Positions 11,241 to 20,784 of a stretch of DNA of 64,000 bases are shown here, piece by piece; the first letter of the stretch is position 1, and each line of letters opens with the position of its first letter. The position numbers and the translations under genes are program-made. The notes under the pieces were generated by a model. That model was not told where the DNA came from and did not search any database. It saw nothing but the letters and a program-made list of their open reading frames with translations. The stretch lies in the NCBI GenBank assembly GCA_963788905.1, contig CAWBIO010000008.1:129022-193021 (forward strand). Direction: 5' to 3'. The DNA is from an uncultured Acidobacteriaceae bacterium (GTDB lineage: Bacteria > Acidobacteriota > Terriglobia > Terriglobales > Acidobacteriaceae).

Positions 11241-11897
11241 GTGGGGATGATCACGAAGCGGAAAGTACTGCGGCACAAAGGAAATACCGCCGGGAAAAAC
11301 AGGCAGCAGGACCGGGCACTTTCAACCAGGCGCGACCTGCTGGAAGCAGCTCGTCACATTTTTGCCCGCGACGGATTCGAAATGGCCCGTATTGAAGACA
11401 TCGCCGCAGCCGCCGGCAAGACCCGCGGTGCGTTCTACGCCAATTTTCGCGACAAAGAGGACGTTTTCTTCGCGCTATTTGAGGAAACTCAGCGCCGCGA
11501 AAAGCAGCATATGGGCGAACAGCTCAGTGAGGCCGGCTCGGAAGAAGAGCGAATCGAGATTCTGGCGAATCACCTCAAGTCTGTCCTCAAAGACCGTCGC
11601 CGCATGCTGCTGGCGCTGGAGTTCAAGCTCTACGCCATCCGTCACCCGAGGAAGACCAGGCGACTCGCCGAGTTGCATTCGGCTCTCTGCCAACGCTGCG
11701 TCGAGGGCAACGTCGATAAATTCATTCCCGGCTATACCGATATGACCGCGCGGCAGAAGCGGACACAGACTGCGCAGGTGGGCGCCTTCCTCGATGGCAT
11801 CGCCCTGAACATTATGTTCGACAAACGGGGAATGACGGAAAAGCTGATCGATCGCCATCTGCGGTCGGCGCTGCGGATTGCACTGCAACAGCGATGA
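11241..11897 (+). CDS. TetR/AcrR-family transcriptional regulator, divergent from the efflux operon
   Basis: 218-aa ORF. N-terminal HTH region LLEAARHIFARDGFEMARIEDIAAAAGKTRGAFYANFRDKEDVF. Start is GTG 11241 or ATG 11247. Confidence 0.9.
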   Translation: MGMITKRKVLRHKGNTAGKNRQQDRALSTRRDLLEAARHIFARDGFEMARIEDIAAAAGKTRGAFYANFRDKEDVFFALFEETQRREKQHMGEQLSEAGSEEERIEILANHLKSVLKDRRRMLLALEFKLYAIRHPRKTRRLAELHSALCQRCVEGNVDKFIPGYTDMTARQKRTQTAQVGAFLDGIALNIMFDKRGMTEKLIDRHLRSALRIALQQR

Positions 11898-11959
11898 ACC
11901 CAACGGCTCGAAGGGCGGTGATGTTGTTCCTCAGGGCGATTTCAGGGGGCTCAGGGCGT

Positions 11960-12529
11960 TCAACGGGGTGGTGCCCGCCGCGGCGGCCCGTTGGCCCCAT
12001 CGTTGCGCGTGACACCCATCGACAGGAGCCACAGGAAGACCAGAGCTTCCCCGGCGAGGCCGCAGACCAGATTGTAGGGAGACAGATAGCTTTGGATTGG
12101 AAGTGAAATCCAGGTAAGCCAGCTAAAACCACCCAGCGCAATCGGCGTACCCAGGACTCGAGGCAGAAGGGTTGATTTGTAAATCAGGTAGCCAGTGAGT
12201 ATGCAGAACATGCCGTGAAAGACCATGGCAATGTTGGAACCATGAGAAGCCAATCGAATAGCCTCAACAGCAATTCCTGTGAGGTTGCATGCCATGGCAA
12301 GCAGCGCTATGGCCCTGTTCACAGGGCTAAAGATCGCATAGAGGATCAGGGTCACCACCGTCATTCCGAGAATTTGCATGCAATCGGCTGCGAGATTCCA
12401 CTTACCGGAGAAGGTTGTTTCCAGAAGCAGCGCTCCCAGTAAGGTGAAGAAATACAGGCCGCCGGCGGTCCTGGCCATGAAACGCGGCGACAGGTCTCGG
12501 ATCCGGTGAAACATGACTGCTGTGCTCAT
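11960..12529 (-). CDS. DUF4386-like polytopic membrane protein (paralogue 2)
   Basis: ORF 11960..12634. Start set at ATG 12529 (MSTAVMFHRIRDLSPRFMARTAGGLYFF...). It is collinear with the neighbour at 12535..13131: same length, TM pattern and C-terminal ...WLxxMGV motif. Confidence 0.7.
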   Translation of the reverse strand: MSTAVMFHRIRDLSPRFMARTAGGLYFFTLLGALLLETTFSGKWNLAADCMQILGMTVVTLILYAIFSPVNRAIALLAMACNLTGIAVEAIRLASHGSNIAMVFHGMFCILTGYLIYKSTLLPRVLGTPIALGGFSWLTWISLPIQSYLSPYNLVCGLAGEALVFLWLLSMGVTRNDGANGPPRRAPPR

Positions 12530-12534
12530 GCTAA

Positions 12535-13131
12535 CTACCTCTGCAGCCCGGGTTTCCCGTTGAAGGGAGCTGTCATGCCACGCTGGCAAGCCTCGTTCCA
12601 CCGTTGAACGTTGACGCCCATCACGATCAGCCACAGCATCAGCGATGCCTCAGCGAGGATGCCGAGCACCTCGATGTAGAGGGATAGATGGTGCGCGACG
12701 GAGGGGAACAAAAAGGCCAGCCAACCTAAACCAGCCAGGGCCATCAACACGCCCAGCGCGCGAGGTAGGAACGTAGACCTGAAGATCAGGTAGCCGATGA
12801 GCAGACAATAGGGCCCGAAAAACAGAAGGGGGCTAATGGGCAGGGAGACGTGAGGAAAAAAACCGAGCGTCATGACCACGCATCCCGTCAGGCTGACGAG
12901 CGCCGCGACGAGAGAGATAAGCCTGCTCACCGGCTTGAACAAACGATAGAAGAGGAGGGTTAAAACGAGGTAGCAGCCGGTCGCGATGAGATTGGTGGCA
13001 TTGCCGTAGACAGCAAGCTTGCCGCCAACCAGTATCTGGGCAACGATCGCGGTTAGAAAGTAAAGCAAGTAGACGATGCCAGTCATCCTGGCGCGGGAGT
13101 AAGGTGACGTTGCTCGAGTCTGTTCCATCAT
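12535..13131 (-). CDS. DUF4386-like polytopic membrane protein (paralogue 1)
   Basis: 198-aa ORF (MMEQTRATSPYSRARMTGIVYLLYFLTAIV...) with GGAGG 8-12 nt upstream of the ATG. Multiple TM helices. The family call is by eye. Confidence 0.75.
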   Translation of the reverse strand: MMEQTRATSPYSRARMTGIVYLLYFLTAIVAQILVGGKLAVYGNATNLIATGCYLVLTLLFYRLFKPVSRLISLVAALVSLTGCVVMTLGFFPHVSLPISPLLFFGPYCLLIGYLIFRSTFLPRALGVLMALAGLGWLAFLFPSVAHHLSLYIEVLGILAEASLMLWLIVMGVNVQRWNEACQRGMTAPFNGKPGLQR

Positions 13132-13149
13132 TCTTAGCCTCCGGAGTGA

Positions 13150-13416
13150 CTAACCAGGGAGCAGGCCGACGCCGAATACTCCGAATCCCATCATCCTTGG
13201 GTTTTCGATAGGGGCGCACTTCCTGTCAAACAACGAATCATTGACGATGCTAGGCGTGTCATCAGTGCCTGACTGGTCAAAGTTACACACAGTTGCGGAT
13301 TTATATCGAAAGGGCCGAGCCTCAGGATGAGGTTTCGCGGGGGTGTTCCGCCCTCGAACCCAAAGGCCGGAGCTGAGGATTTTGCCCAGGCCGATGGCGA
13401 TCGTGTCCATTTCCAT
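13150..13416 (-). CDS. Possible small hypothetical protein (88 aa)
   Basis: ORF sits in the 300-nt gap between the CMD gene and DUF4386 gene on the same strand. It has no recognisable family and no clear RBS. Only the first third shows coding-like GC3. Confidence 0.3.
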   Translation of the reverse strand: MEMDTIAIGLGKILSSGLWVRGRNTPAKPHPEARPFRYKSATVCNFDQSGTDDTPSIVNDSLFDRKCAPIENPRMMGFGVFGVGLLPG

Positions 13417-13434
13417 GGACCGCCCGTGCGGGCC

Positions 13435-14052
13435 TCAGGCGGATTTGCGCGCGAGATCGCAGAGCAGGTCGGAGTGGATATTCAGGCCGATGTTGCTGAT
13501 GTTGTAGACGTGCTCGCTGGCGGCGAGCCAGACGATCTCGCAGATCTCGCGCTCGGAGTAAAAGCGCTGGAGGCGGGCGAAGGTGGCCGGGTCGATCTTT
13601 TTGTCGCGGGTCAGCTCGGTGACGTAATCGAGGGCGGCGCGCTCCTGGTCGCTGAACAGCGGGCTGGTGCGGTAACTTTCCAGCGCATCGAATTTGGCCT
13701 GATTCATCGAGGCTTTGATGGTGAACGCGCGGGCAATATCGATGCAGAAGAGGCACACGTTGATGCGCGCGACTTGCTGACGGATGAGCAGGACGGTTTC
13801 CTGGGGGAGGGTGAGCTTCTTGTCGAGCTGACCAATTTTTCCGACAAACTGGCCGAAGGCGAGCGGCATGCGCGCGACAAAGACCTTCAGCGGCGTCATG
13901 ACCTTGCCGAACTGGCGGCGGGACATGGAATAGATGAAGCGCAGCATGAGGCTGCGAGGCTTCTCGATGGGAGTGAGAAAGGGCTCATCGAGGTTGGGCA
14001 GCGTGGGGTTAGTCGCGGTGGTGACGATCGAAGTTTTCGCAGAAGCGGACAT
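13435..14052 (-). CDS. Carboxymuconolactone decarboxylase (AhpD-like) family protein
   Basis: 205-aa ORF. CMD/AhpD-type core ...ARINVCLFCIDIARA... (CxxC) and ...FSDQERAALDYVTELT.... Confidence 0.85.
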   Translation of the reverse strand: MSASAKTSIVTTATNPTLPNLDEPFLTPIEKPRSLMLRFIYSMSRRQFGKVMTPLKVFVARMPLAFGQFVGKIGQLDKKLTLPQETVLLIRQQVARINVCLFCIDIARAFTIKASMNQAKFDALESYRTSPLFSDQERAALDYVTELTRDKKIDPATFARLQRFYSEREICEIVWLAASEHVYNISNIGLNIHSDLLCDLARKSA

Positions 14053-14079
14053 GGGGACCTCCAGAGAGAGGGTTCTCTC

Positions 14080-14526
14080 TTAAACTGATGACGAATGAGC
14101 GAAGCCGGATTGGACAGGGCCGGTGGAATGAAAGAGCGAGCCGCCGAGGATGCGGGGGGGCGGGCGAAGCGTCCATGAGGCAACGCTCAGCAGGGCGAAG
14201 ATGGCCGGTCCGGCCCAGACCCGGGCGGGGTCGCCGGCCAGCAGATGGGAGGCCACGGCGCCGGTGTAATTGAAAAACATGCCGGCGTAGGCCCATTCCT
14301 TGAGACGGAGGAAGCGGGGGATGACAATGACGATGGCGCCGGGAATCTTCCAGCTGCCAAGGATGAAGAGCATGTAGAGCGGGTAGCCGAGGTGATCCAT
14401 GATGGCGCGGACGTAATGGGTGCGGGCCAGGTCCCACACGCCGCCAAGCAGCATTTCGGAGGCGATGAGCAGGGTAACGAGCCAGTAAGTGATGAGACGC
14501 GAGCGGGAGGGGGCGGGAGCGGTCAT
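14080..14526 (-). CDS. DoxX-like family membrane protein
   Basis: ORF 14080..14550. The likely start is ATG 14526 (MTAPAPSRSRLITYWLVTLLIASEML...). Four TM helices with a DoxX-like pattern (...SWKIPGAIVIVIPRFLRLKEWAYAGMFFNYTGAVASHL...). Confidence 0.75.
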   Translation of the reverse strand: MTAPAPSRSRLITYWLVTLLIASEMLLGGVWDLARTHYVRAIMDHLGYPLYMLFILGSWKIPGAIVIVIPRFLRLKEWAYAGMFFNYTGAVASHLLAGDPARVWAGPAIFALLSVASWTLRPPPRILGGSLFHSTGPVQSGFAHSSSV

Positions 14527-14639
14527 GGGGGTGCCTCGGGTTGGGAACATGATAATGCGGGGAGCCGAAGCCGGATGAGGGACGAGAACCGCGGCATTGG
14601 AGAGGGGGAAAGAATGTTACGGGTGGGTGAAGCGACGGG

Positions 14640-15554
14640 CTAAGGGGCAGGGACGGGATCGCGCACGCAGCGGAAGGCGAGGTCGCCGGGCCGCATGCGT
14701 TTGGAGACAGTCTGGATGAATCCGTTGTAGGTGATGTAGTCGGCGAGGGGACCGCTTTCGGTGGCGGTCCACCAATAGATGATGGGGGAGTGGACTTTCC
14801 AGAGGGGCGAATCTTTTTCCGGAGCGATGCGGTAGTGGGCGCGGCGGGAGGATGGATCCCAGGCGCCGCCGGCGTTTGTGCCCTGAAAGACGAGGGAACG
14901 AACGGCTTCGTCGGTGGTGGGGAGGCGCCAGATGTCGAGGGGCTGACCGGAGAGCGAGAGGCCATCGTCTGCGAGGTATGCGCAGCTGCGTTTCGCGGCG
15001 TACCAGGAGGTTCCGGTGGAAGGCCAGCCGGGACCTTGCGGCGCCCAGACGAGGGTGACGCCGTTGCCGGCGATGGTGCGGGTGCCGTAGTTGCCATCGT
15101 CGAAGCGATGGACGGCGCGCCAGGCGGGCCAGGTACCACAGGCAACCAGTGTGATGAGGGGAAGGCCAATGAGAACCCGCCACGCCCAGGGGCGCGGGTG
15201 CGGGCGTCCGAAGGTATAAAGGGCGGCGAGAGCGAGAAGCGGCGGCAGGGGGAGCAGGAGCGCGGCGTGGTTGTGGCGAAGGAACCAGGCGAGTGCAGCG
15301 GCGACAGCTCCGAAGAAGAGAAACGCGAAGCGGGGCCAGCGCAGAGCAGCGATGCTGGTGAGCATGACGATGATGAGGGGGCTGAGATACTGCAGGAACA
15401 TGAGGGCAAGGTTGCGGAGGAGGCTGGGAGAGAACCAGGCTTCATGAAAATTCTCATTGACGCCCCAGAAGGCCCAGAAGCAGGCAAGGAGGGTGGAGAG
15501 GGCGACGGCGGTCCAGCCGACAATCTGCTGCGTGGCGGAGCGCGGGGTGGTCAT
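14640..15554 (-). CDS. Polytopic membrane protein with C-terminal DUF1566 (Lcl-C)-like domain
   Basis: ORF 14640..15671. The likely start is ATG 15554 (MTTPRSATQQIVGWTAVALSTLL...), with ATG 15671 as the alternative. About 6 TM helices, then ...VTLVWAPQGPGWPSTGTSWYAAKRSCAYL...DIWRLPTTDEAVRSL..., which carries the WRLPT signature. Confidence 0.65.
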   Translation of the reverse strand: MTTPRSATQQIVGWTAVALSTLLACFWAFWGVNENFHEAWFSPSLLRNLALMFLQYLSPLIIVMLTSIAALRWPRFAFLFFGAVAAALAWFLRHNHAALLLPLPPLLALAALYTFGRPHPRPWAWRVLIGLPLITLVACGTWPAWRAVHRFDDGNYGTRTIAGNGVTLVWAPQGPGWPSTGTSWYAAKRSCAYLADDGLSLSGQPLDIWRLPTTDEAVRSLVFQGTNAGGAWDPSSRRAHYRIAPEKDSPLWKVHSPIIYWWTATESGPLADYITYNGFIQTVSKRMRPGDLAFRCVRDPVPAP

Positions 15555-15686
15555 GGGAGCAGGGGAACATGTTTTGATTTGGGGTGCCGTGAGGGGAGTC
15601 ACAGAGGACGAGTGGCGCCGTGGGGAGGGCTGGATGACGGCGGGAAGCTGGATCGAAGAAGCAAAATCCATCGCTTGCGTTCAGTG

Positions 15687-15707
15687 ACGATTGTCACCGA
15701 CAATCGT
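15687..15707. promoter_or_regulatory. Perfect 9-bp inverted repeat (ACGATTGTC-ACC-GACAATCGT) in the divergent promoter region upstream of hoxE
   Basis: Read directly at 15687-15707. It lies between the minus-strand membrane-protein gene and hoxE (ATG 15898). It is a candidate operator; the cognate regulator is unknown. Confidence 0.35.
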
Positions 15708-15897
15708 GCGCGACAGACCCTATTCTGTTCAGTACCCCGCGTTGGTTACCGGATGGTAAACGCCGGTTGGCCAGGGCGGGAGTTGTCCTCCGCTGCTTTC
15801 GGCTGAAGCGCCATTTTTGCTGCCGCGGCGCTCGAGCCACAGCGGAGAATTGGGGACCTACAACCTGCGATTGCCGGGTGCAGTCGGGGAGAAGACC

Positions 15898-16398
15898 ATG
15901 CCGCTCTATGCTGAACGCCCGCCGCTGCCCTCCGAAGACAAGAGATGGCGAATTGTCAATGGCACGATGCGCAAGCACGGCTATTCGCGCAACGCACTGA
16001 TTGAGACGCTGCACACGGTGCAGTCGTCGTTTGGGTTCCTGGACGAGCCATCGATCCGGTTCGTGGCGCAGTCGCTGCGCGTGCCGCTGAGCCAGGCGTA
16101 TGGAGTGGTGACCTTCTACCACTTCTTCAGCCTCAAGCCGCCGGGGAAGCATACCTGTACCATCTGCACAGGGACGGCTTGCTTCATCAAGGGCTCGGAG
16201 AAGCTGGTGGTCGAGGCGGAAAAGCTCCTGCACGTGCATGTTGGAGAAACCACGCCGGACGGGGAAGTATCGCTGGGCACGGTTCGATGTGTCGGCGACT
16301 GCGGCCGGGCGCCAGTGGTGCTGTTTGACGGCGAGCTCTCGGCGCAGATGAAGACGCCGCAACTGGCAATGCAACTGGAAAGGTGGACGATGCAATGA
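15898..16398 (+). CDS. hoxE: Bidirectional [NiFe]-hydrogenase diaphorase subunit HoxE (NuoE-like, 2Fe-2S)
   Basis: ORF 15817..16398. Start set at ATG 15898 (GGGGAG upstream). NuoE-type sequence ...ALIETLHTVQSSFGFL...CTGTACFIKGSEKL...VRCVGDCGRAPV. Confidence 0.9.
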   Translation: MPLYAERPPLPSEDKRWRIVNGTMRKHGYSRNALIETLHTVQSSFGFLDEPSIRFVAQSLRVPLSQAYGVVTFYHFFSLKPPGKHTCTICTGTACFIKGSEKLVVEAEKLLHVHVGETTPDGEVSLGTVRCVGDCGRAPVVLFDGELSAQMKTPQLAMQLERWTMQ

Positions 16399-18050
16399 AC
16401 ACCGAGGAACTCCAGCAAATTGCGGCCAGCGCCCAGGAGGAGCGGGAAAAATTCGACTACGAAGTGAATGTGTGCATGGGCACCAGCTGTCTCTCGCAGC
16501 ACAGCGACCGGATCAGGGACGCGATTGCGAAGGAGGCCGAGGAGTGCGGGAAACGCTGCCACGCGCGGCGCACCGGTTGCATGGGTCCCTGCGCCGCGGG
16601 GCCGATGGTGGTGGTTGAGCCGGCGGAGATCCGCTACGGGCACGTGCATGAGGGCGACGCGAAGGAGATTGTCGCCGCACTGGGCGGGGAGCCGGTGGCG
16701 CGTCTCGATCCGCAATTGGGCAGCTACTTCGAGGGGCAGAATTTCGTTGTTCTTGAAAATGTCGGGCACATCGATCCGGAGAAGATCGAAGAATACATTG
16801 CGCGGGGCGGATACGAGGGGCTGATCAAGGTGCTGACAGACATGAACCCGGCGTCGGTGATCGAGCAGATCTCGAAGAGCGGGCTGAGGGGGCGCGGAGG
16901 TGGCGGTTATCCGACGGGGCTGAAGTGGGACACGGTCGCCAAAGTGAAGGGCGCGCAGAAGTATGTGATCTGCAACGGCGACGAGGGCGATCCTGGTGCG
17001 TTCATGGATCGCAGCGTGCTGGAGAGCGATCCGCAGCGCGTGATTGAGGGGATGGCGATCGCGGCGTATGCGATTGGCGCGACGAAGGGCTACATTTATG
17101 TGCGCGCGGAATATCCACTCGCCGTTCAGAGGCTCACCGTCGCGATCCAGCAGGCGCGAAGAAAAGGGTTCCTTGGGAACGGAATCTGCGAGACGACGTT
17201 CAGCTTCGACATTGATATTCGGCTGGGCGCGGGCGCGTTTGTGTGCGGCGAGGAGACGGCGCTGATCGCCTCGATTGAAGGCAAGCGCGGGACGCCACGG
17301 CCGAGGCCGCCGTATCCGGCGGTGAGCGGGTTGTGGGGCGATCCGACGCTGATCAATAACGTGGAGACCTTCGCCAATGTGCCTCCGATCATCCGGCACG
17401 GCGGTGAGTGGTTCTCGTCGATGGGGACGGCGCGCAGCAAGGGGACGAAGGTCTTCGCGCTGACGGGGAAGATTCAGCGGACCGGACTGGTGGAAGTGCC
17501 GATGGGGATGACGCTGCGGCAGATCATCTTCGGGATCGGCGGCGGAGTTCCGGACGGGAGGAAATTTAAGGCAGCACAGACTGGCGGGCCCTCGGGCGGA
17601 TGTTTGCCGGAGGAACACCTTGATTTGTCCATCAGCTATGACGCGCTGATCAGCGCGGGATCCATGATGGGTTCGGGCGGCATGATTGTCATGGACGATA
17701 CGTCGTGCATGGTGTCGGTCGCCCGGTTCTTTATGGAATTCTGCATGACGGAATCGTGCGGCAAATGCATTCCATGCCGCGCGGGGACGGTGCAGATGTA
17801 CGAGCTGCTGACGAAGATCACGAAGGGTGAGGCCACGCGGCGCGATCTGGACCAGTTGACGGAGCTGTGCGAGGTGGTGGGCGCGACGAGCCTGTGCGGG
17901 CTGGGGCAGACGGCGCCGAATCCGGTGCTGAGCACGCTCAGGTATTTCAAACACGAATACCTGGCGCACATCGATGAGAAGCGATGTCCGGCAGGGGTAT
18001 GCGAGTGTGGGTCGATGGCGGACGCTTCCCGCGGGGAGGTACACGCATGA
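16395..18050 (+). CDS. hoxF: Hydrogenase diaphorase subunit HoxF (NuoF-like, FMN/NAD-binding, Fe-S)
   Basis: ORF 16383..18050. ATG 16395 overlaps the hoxE stop (ATGA). Motifs: [35 protein letters not shown]. Confidence 0.92.
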   Translation: MNTEELQQIAASAQEEREKFDYEVNVCMGTSCLSQHSDRIRDAIAKEAEECGKRCHARRTGCMGPCAAGPMVVVEPAEIRYGHVHEGDAKEIVAALGGEPVARLDPQLGSYFEGQNFVVLENVGHIDPEKIEEYIARGGYEGLIKVLTDMNPASVIEQISKSGLRGRGGGGYPTGLKWDTVAKVKGAQKYVICNGDEGDPGAFMDRSVLESDPQRVIEGMAIAAYAIGATKGYIYVRAEYPLAVQRLTVAIQQARRKGFLGNGICETTFSFDIDIRLGAGAFVCGEETALIASIEGKRGTPRPRPPYPAVSGLWGDPTLINNVETFANVPPIIRHGGEWFSSMGTARSKGTKVFALTGKIQRTGLVEVPMGMTLRQIIFGIGGGVPDGRKFKAAQTGGPSGGCLPEEHLDLSISYDALISAGSMMGSGGMIVMDDTSCMVSVARFFMEFCMTESCGKCIPCRAGTVQMYELLTKITKGEATRRDLDQLTELCEVVGATSLCGLGQTAPNPVLSTLRYFKHEYLAHIDEKRCPAGVCECGSMADASRGEVHA

Positions 18051-18763
18051 GCGCGGAGGCCAATGTTCGCACCCTGACGATTAATGGCGAGGAGATCAGC
18101 GCGCGTGCCGATCAGACGATTCTCGATGCGGCGCGCGAGCACAACATCGCGATTCCGACCTTGTGCCATCTGGATGGGCTCTCGGAGGCAGGCGCGTGCC
18201 GGCTGTGCCTGGTGGAAGTGAAAGGCGCGAGGCGGCTGCTGCCGGCATGTGTGACGCAGGTGGCGGAGGGGATGGAAGTCACGACCCACTCGCCGAAGAT
18301 CGATCGCTACCGGACGATGATCCTTGAAATGTTCTTCGCGGAGCGGAACCACGTGTGCTCGGTGTGCGTGGCCAACGGCAACTGCGAGCTGCAGGACCTC
18401 TCGCTGAAGCTGGGCATGACGCACGTGGAGATTCCGTACCAGTATCCGCAGCTGCCGGTGGATGCGTCGCATCCGCGGTTCACGGTGGATCACAACCGTT
18501 GCGTGATGTGCACGCGTTGCGTGCGGGTGTGCTCGGAGATTGAGGGCGCGAACACCTGGGGCGTGATGGGACGCGGGGCGCAGTCGCTGGTGATCACCGA
18601 TCTGAAGCAGCCGTGGGGTGAATCGGAATCGTGCACAAGCTGCGGCAAATGCGTGCAGGTGTGTCCGACGGGGGCGCTGTTTGAGAAGAGCAGCGTGGGC
18701 AGCAAGACGCGCAAGCATCCGGAGTTCCTGCCGTATCTGCGCATTATGCGGGAAGGGGAGTAG
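18047..18763 (+). CDS. hoxU: Hydrogenase diaphorase subunit HoxU (NuoG N-terminal-like, 2Fe-2S plus 4Fe-4S)
   Basis: ORF 17984..18763. ATG 18047 overlaps the hoxF stop (ATGA). Cys clusters: [35 protein letters not shown]. Confidence 0.92.
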   Translation: MSAEANVRTLTINGEEISARADQTILDAAREHNIAIPTLCHLDGLSEAGACRLCLVEVKGARRLLPACVTQVAEGMEVTTHSPKIDRYRTMILEMFFAERNHVCSVCVANGNCELQDLSLKLGMTHVEIPYQYPQLPVDASHPRFTVDHNRCVMCTRCVRVCSEIEGANTWGVMGRGAQSLVITDLKQPWGESESCTSCGKCVQVCPTGALFEKSSVGSKTRKHPEFLPYLRIMREGE

Positions 18764-18765
18764 CC

Positions 18766-19299
18766 ATGAGCGACATCAGGACACTGGCGACGGTTTGGCT
18801 GGACGGGTGCTCGGGCTGCCATATGTCGCTGCTGGATATGGATGAGCGGCTGATCGAGCTGAGCAGCCAGTTCCAGCTGGTGTACAGCCCGCTGGTCGAC
18901 CGCAAGACGTTTCCTGACCGCGTGGATGTGACGCTGGTGGAGGGCGCGGTGGCCAGCGAAGACGATCTGAAGAAGATCCGCAAGATTCGCGAGCACACGC
19001 GGGTGCTGGTGTCGCTGGGCGACTGCGCGCTGACCGGCAATGTTTCGGCGATGCGGAACAGCTTCGGGGTGCAGCCGGTGATGCTGCGGGTGTACGACCA
19101 GAACGCTGACATACAGAAACAGGTTCCGACGGTGGGCGTGCCGCCGTTGCTGAATCGCGTGCGGCCGGTGCATGAGGTGGTGCCGGTGGACGTTTTTGTC
19201 CCCGGGTGCCCGCCATCGGCAGACACGATTTACAAAGTGCTGAGCGAGCTGCTCGCCGGGCAGGTGCCATCGCTCGAGGGCGTGGCGCACTTCGGCTGA
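18766..19299 (+). CDS. hoxY: [NiFe]-hydrogenase small subunit HoxY
   Basis: 177-aa ORF. MSDIRTLATVWLDGCSGCHMSLLD... and ...VFVPGCPPSADTI..., a short group-3-type small subunit. Confidence 0.92.
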   Translation: MSDIRTLATVWLDGCSGCHMSLLDMDERLIELSSQFQLVYSPLVDRKTFPDRVDVTLVEGAVASEDDLKKIRKIREHTRVLVSLGDCALTGNVSAMRNSFGVQPVMLRVYDQNADIQKQVPTVGVPPLLNRVRPVHEVVPVDVFVPGCPPSADTIYKVLSELLAGQVPSLEGVAHFG

Positions 19300-19322
19300 T
19301 TGAAGAGGGAAGGCAGGGGAGT

Positions 19323-20747
19323 ATGCCTCGAACCATCGTTATCGACCCGGTGACACGGCTGGAAGGGCACGGCAAGATCACGCTGCAGCTGGATGAGGCA
19401 GGCGTGGTGCAGGACGCGACGTTCCACGTGACGCAGCTGCGCGGCTTCGAGAAGTTCACCGAAGGACGTCCGTTCTACGAGATGCCGAACATCACGGCGC
19501 GCATCTGCGGCATATGCCCGGTGAGCCATCTGGTTGCGTCGTCGAAGGCGTGCGACGCGATTCTGGCGGTGAAGATTCCGCCGGTTGCAGCCGATCTGCG
19601 GCGCATCATGAACCTGGCGCAGCTGATCCAGTCGCATGCGCTGAGCTTCTTTTATCTGTCCTCGCCGGATTTGCTGCTGGGGATGGATGCTCCTGCCGAG
19701 GAGCGGAGCATTCTGCATGTGGCGCACACGCATCCTTCGATTGGGGCCGACGGCGTGGCGTTGCGGCAGTTTGGGCAGCGGATCATTGAAACGCTCGCGG
19801 GGCGGAGAATTCATCCGGGATGGACGGTGCCGGGCGGCGTGAACGAGCCGCTGACGGCGGAGAAACGCGACCAGATTCTGGGGTGGATTCCGGCGGCGAA
19901 GGCCGCGATCGAGCGGACGCTGGGCTGGTTCAAGGGCAGCATGGAGAAATTCCACGCGGAGATTGAGGTTTTTGCGAATTTCCCGACGCTGTTCATGGGC
20001 CTTGTCGACGAGCATGGGCTGGCGGACTACTACGACGGCTTGCTGCGGGTGATCGATTCGGAAGGGAACGTGATTGCCGGCGGGCTGAATCCGGTCGATT
20101 ACAAAGAATTCATCGGCGAAGCGGTCGAGCCGTACACCTACATGAAGTTCCCGTACTACAAGCCGCTGGGATATCCGGGCGGGACGTATCGCGTGGGACC
20201 GCTGGCGCGGCTGAATCTGGCGGATCGCTGCGAGACGCCGCTGGCCGATCATGAGTGGCGGGAGTTTCGCGCGATGTCGCCGAAGCCGCTGCTGAGCTCG
20301 TTCCACTACCACTACGCGCGGCTCATCGAAATGCTGTACGCGACCGAGAAGATCGAAGCGCTTCTGGCCGACAAGGCGATTCTGGACAAGCACGTGCGGG
20401 CGACGGCTTCGGTGAACAACCTTGAAGGAATCGGGGTGGCGGAAGCGCCGCGCGGCACGCTGATCCACCATTACAAAGTCGACGAGAACGGGCTGATCCA
20501 GTGGGCGAACCTGATCATCGCCACCGGCCACAACAACGCGGCGATGAACCGGGGCATCCTGCAGACGGCGCGCCATTATGTGCAGGGCGAGCACGTGGCC
20601 GAAGGTATGCTGAATCGTGTGGAGGCGGTGGTGCGGACCTTCGATCCGTGCCTGAGCTGCTCGACGCACGCGATGGGGCGGATGCCGCTGAGCGTCGAAC
20701 TGCGCGCGCCAGACGGATCGCTGGTGAGGGAAGTGCGGCGAGGCTGA
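19323..20747 (+). CDS. hoxH: [NiFe]-hydrogenase large subunit HoxH
   Basis: ORF 19206..20747. Start set at ATG 19323 ([19 protein letters not shown]). N-terminal Ni-Fe ligand motif [11 protein letters not shown]-terminal DPCLSCSTH, followed by a 26-aa tail that would be removed by HoxW. Confidence 0.95.
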   Translation: MPRTIVIDPVTRLEGHGKITLQLDEAGVVQDATFHVTQLRGFEKFTEGRPFYEMPNITARICGICPVSHLVASSKACDAILAVKIPPVAADLRRIMNLAQLIQSHALSFFYLSSPDLLLGMDAPAEERSILHVAHTHPSIGADGVALRQFGQRIIETLAGRRIHPGWTVPGGVNEPLTAEKRDQILGWIPAAKAAIERTLGWFKGSMEKFHAEIEVFANFPTLFMGLVDEHGLADYYDGLLRVIDSEGNVIAGGLNPVDYKEFIGEAVEPYTYMKFPYYKPLGYPGGTYRVGPLARLNLADRCETPLADHEWREFRAMSPKPLLSSFHYHYARLIEMLYATEKIEALLADKAILDKHVRATASVNNLEGIGVAEAPRGTLIHHYKVDENGLIQWANLIIATGHNNAAMNRGILQTARHYVQGEHVAEGMLNRVEAVVRTFDPCLSCSTHAMGRMPLSVELRAPDGSLVREVRRG

Positions 20748-20784
20748 GACGAACAGAGAGCAGGGAGTAGGGAGCAGGTAGCCG

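Noticed and set aside
14009-15523. 504-aa minus-strand ORF overlapping the DoxX-like and DUF1566-like genes in another frame
   Set aside because: Extremely Pro/Ser/Ala-rich (PSPSPPSLPASGPSG...), with no TM or domain logic. The alternative frames give coherent membrane proteins.
16116-18044. 642-aa minus-strand ORF covering hoxF
   Set aside because: It is antisense to a gene with unmistakable NuoF/HoxF motifs. Its own product is Arg/Pro/His-rich with no family resemblance. This is a typical shadow ORF of a high-GC genome.
19230-20669. 479-aa minus-strand ORF covering hoxH
   Set aside because: It is antisense to the [NiFe] large subunit gene. Its composition is Arg-rich nonsense.
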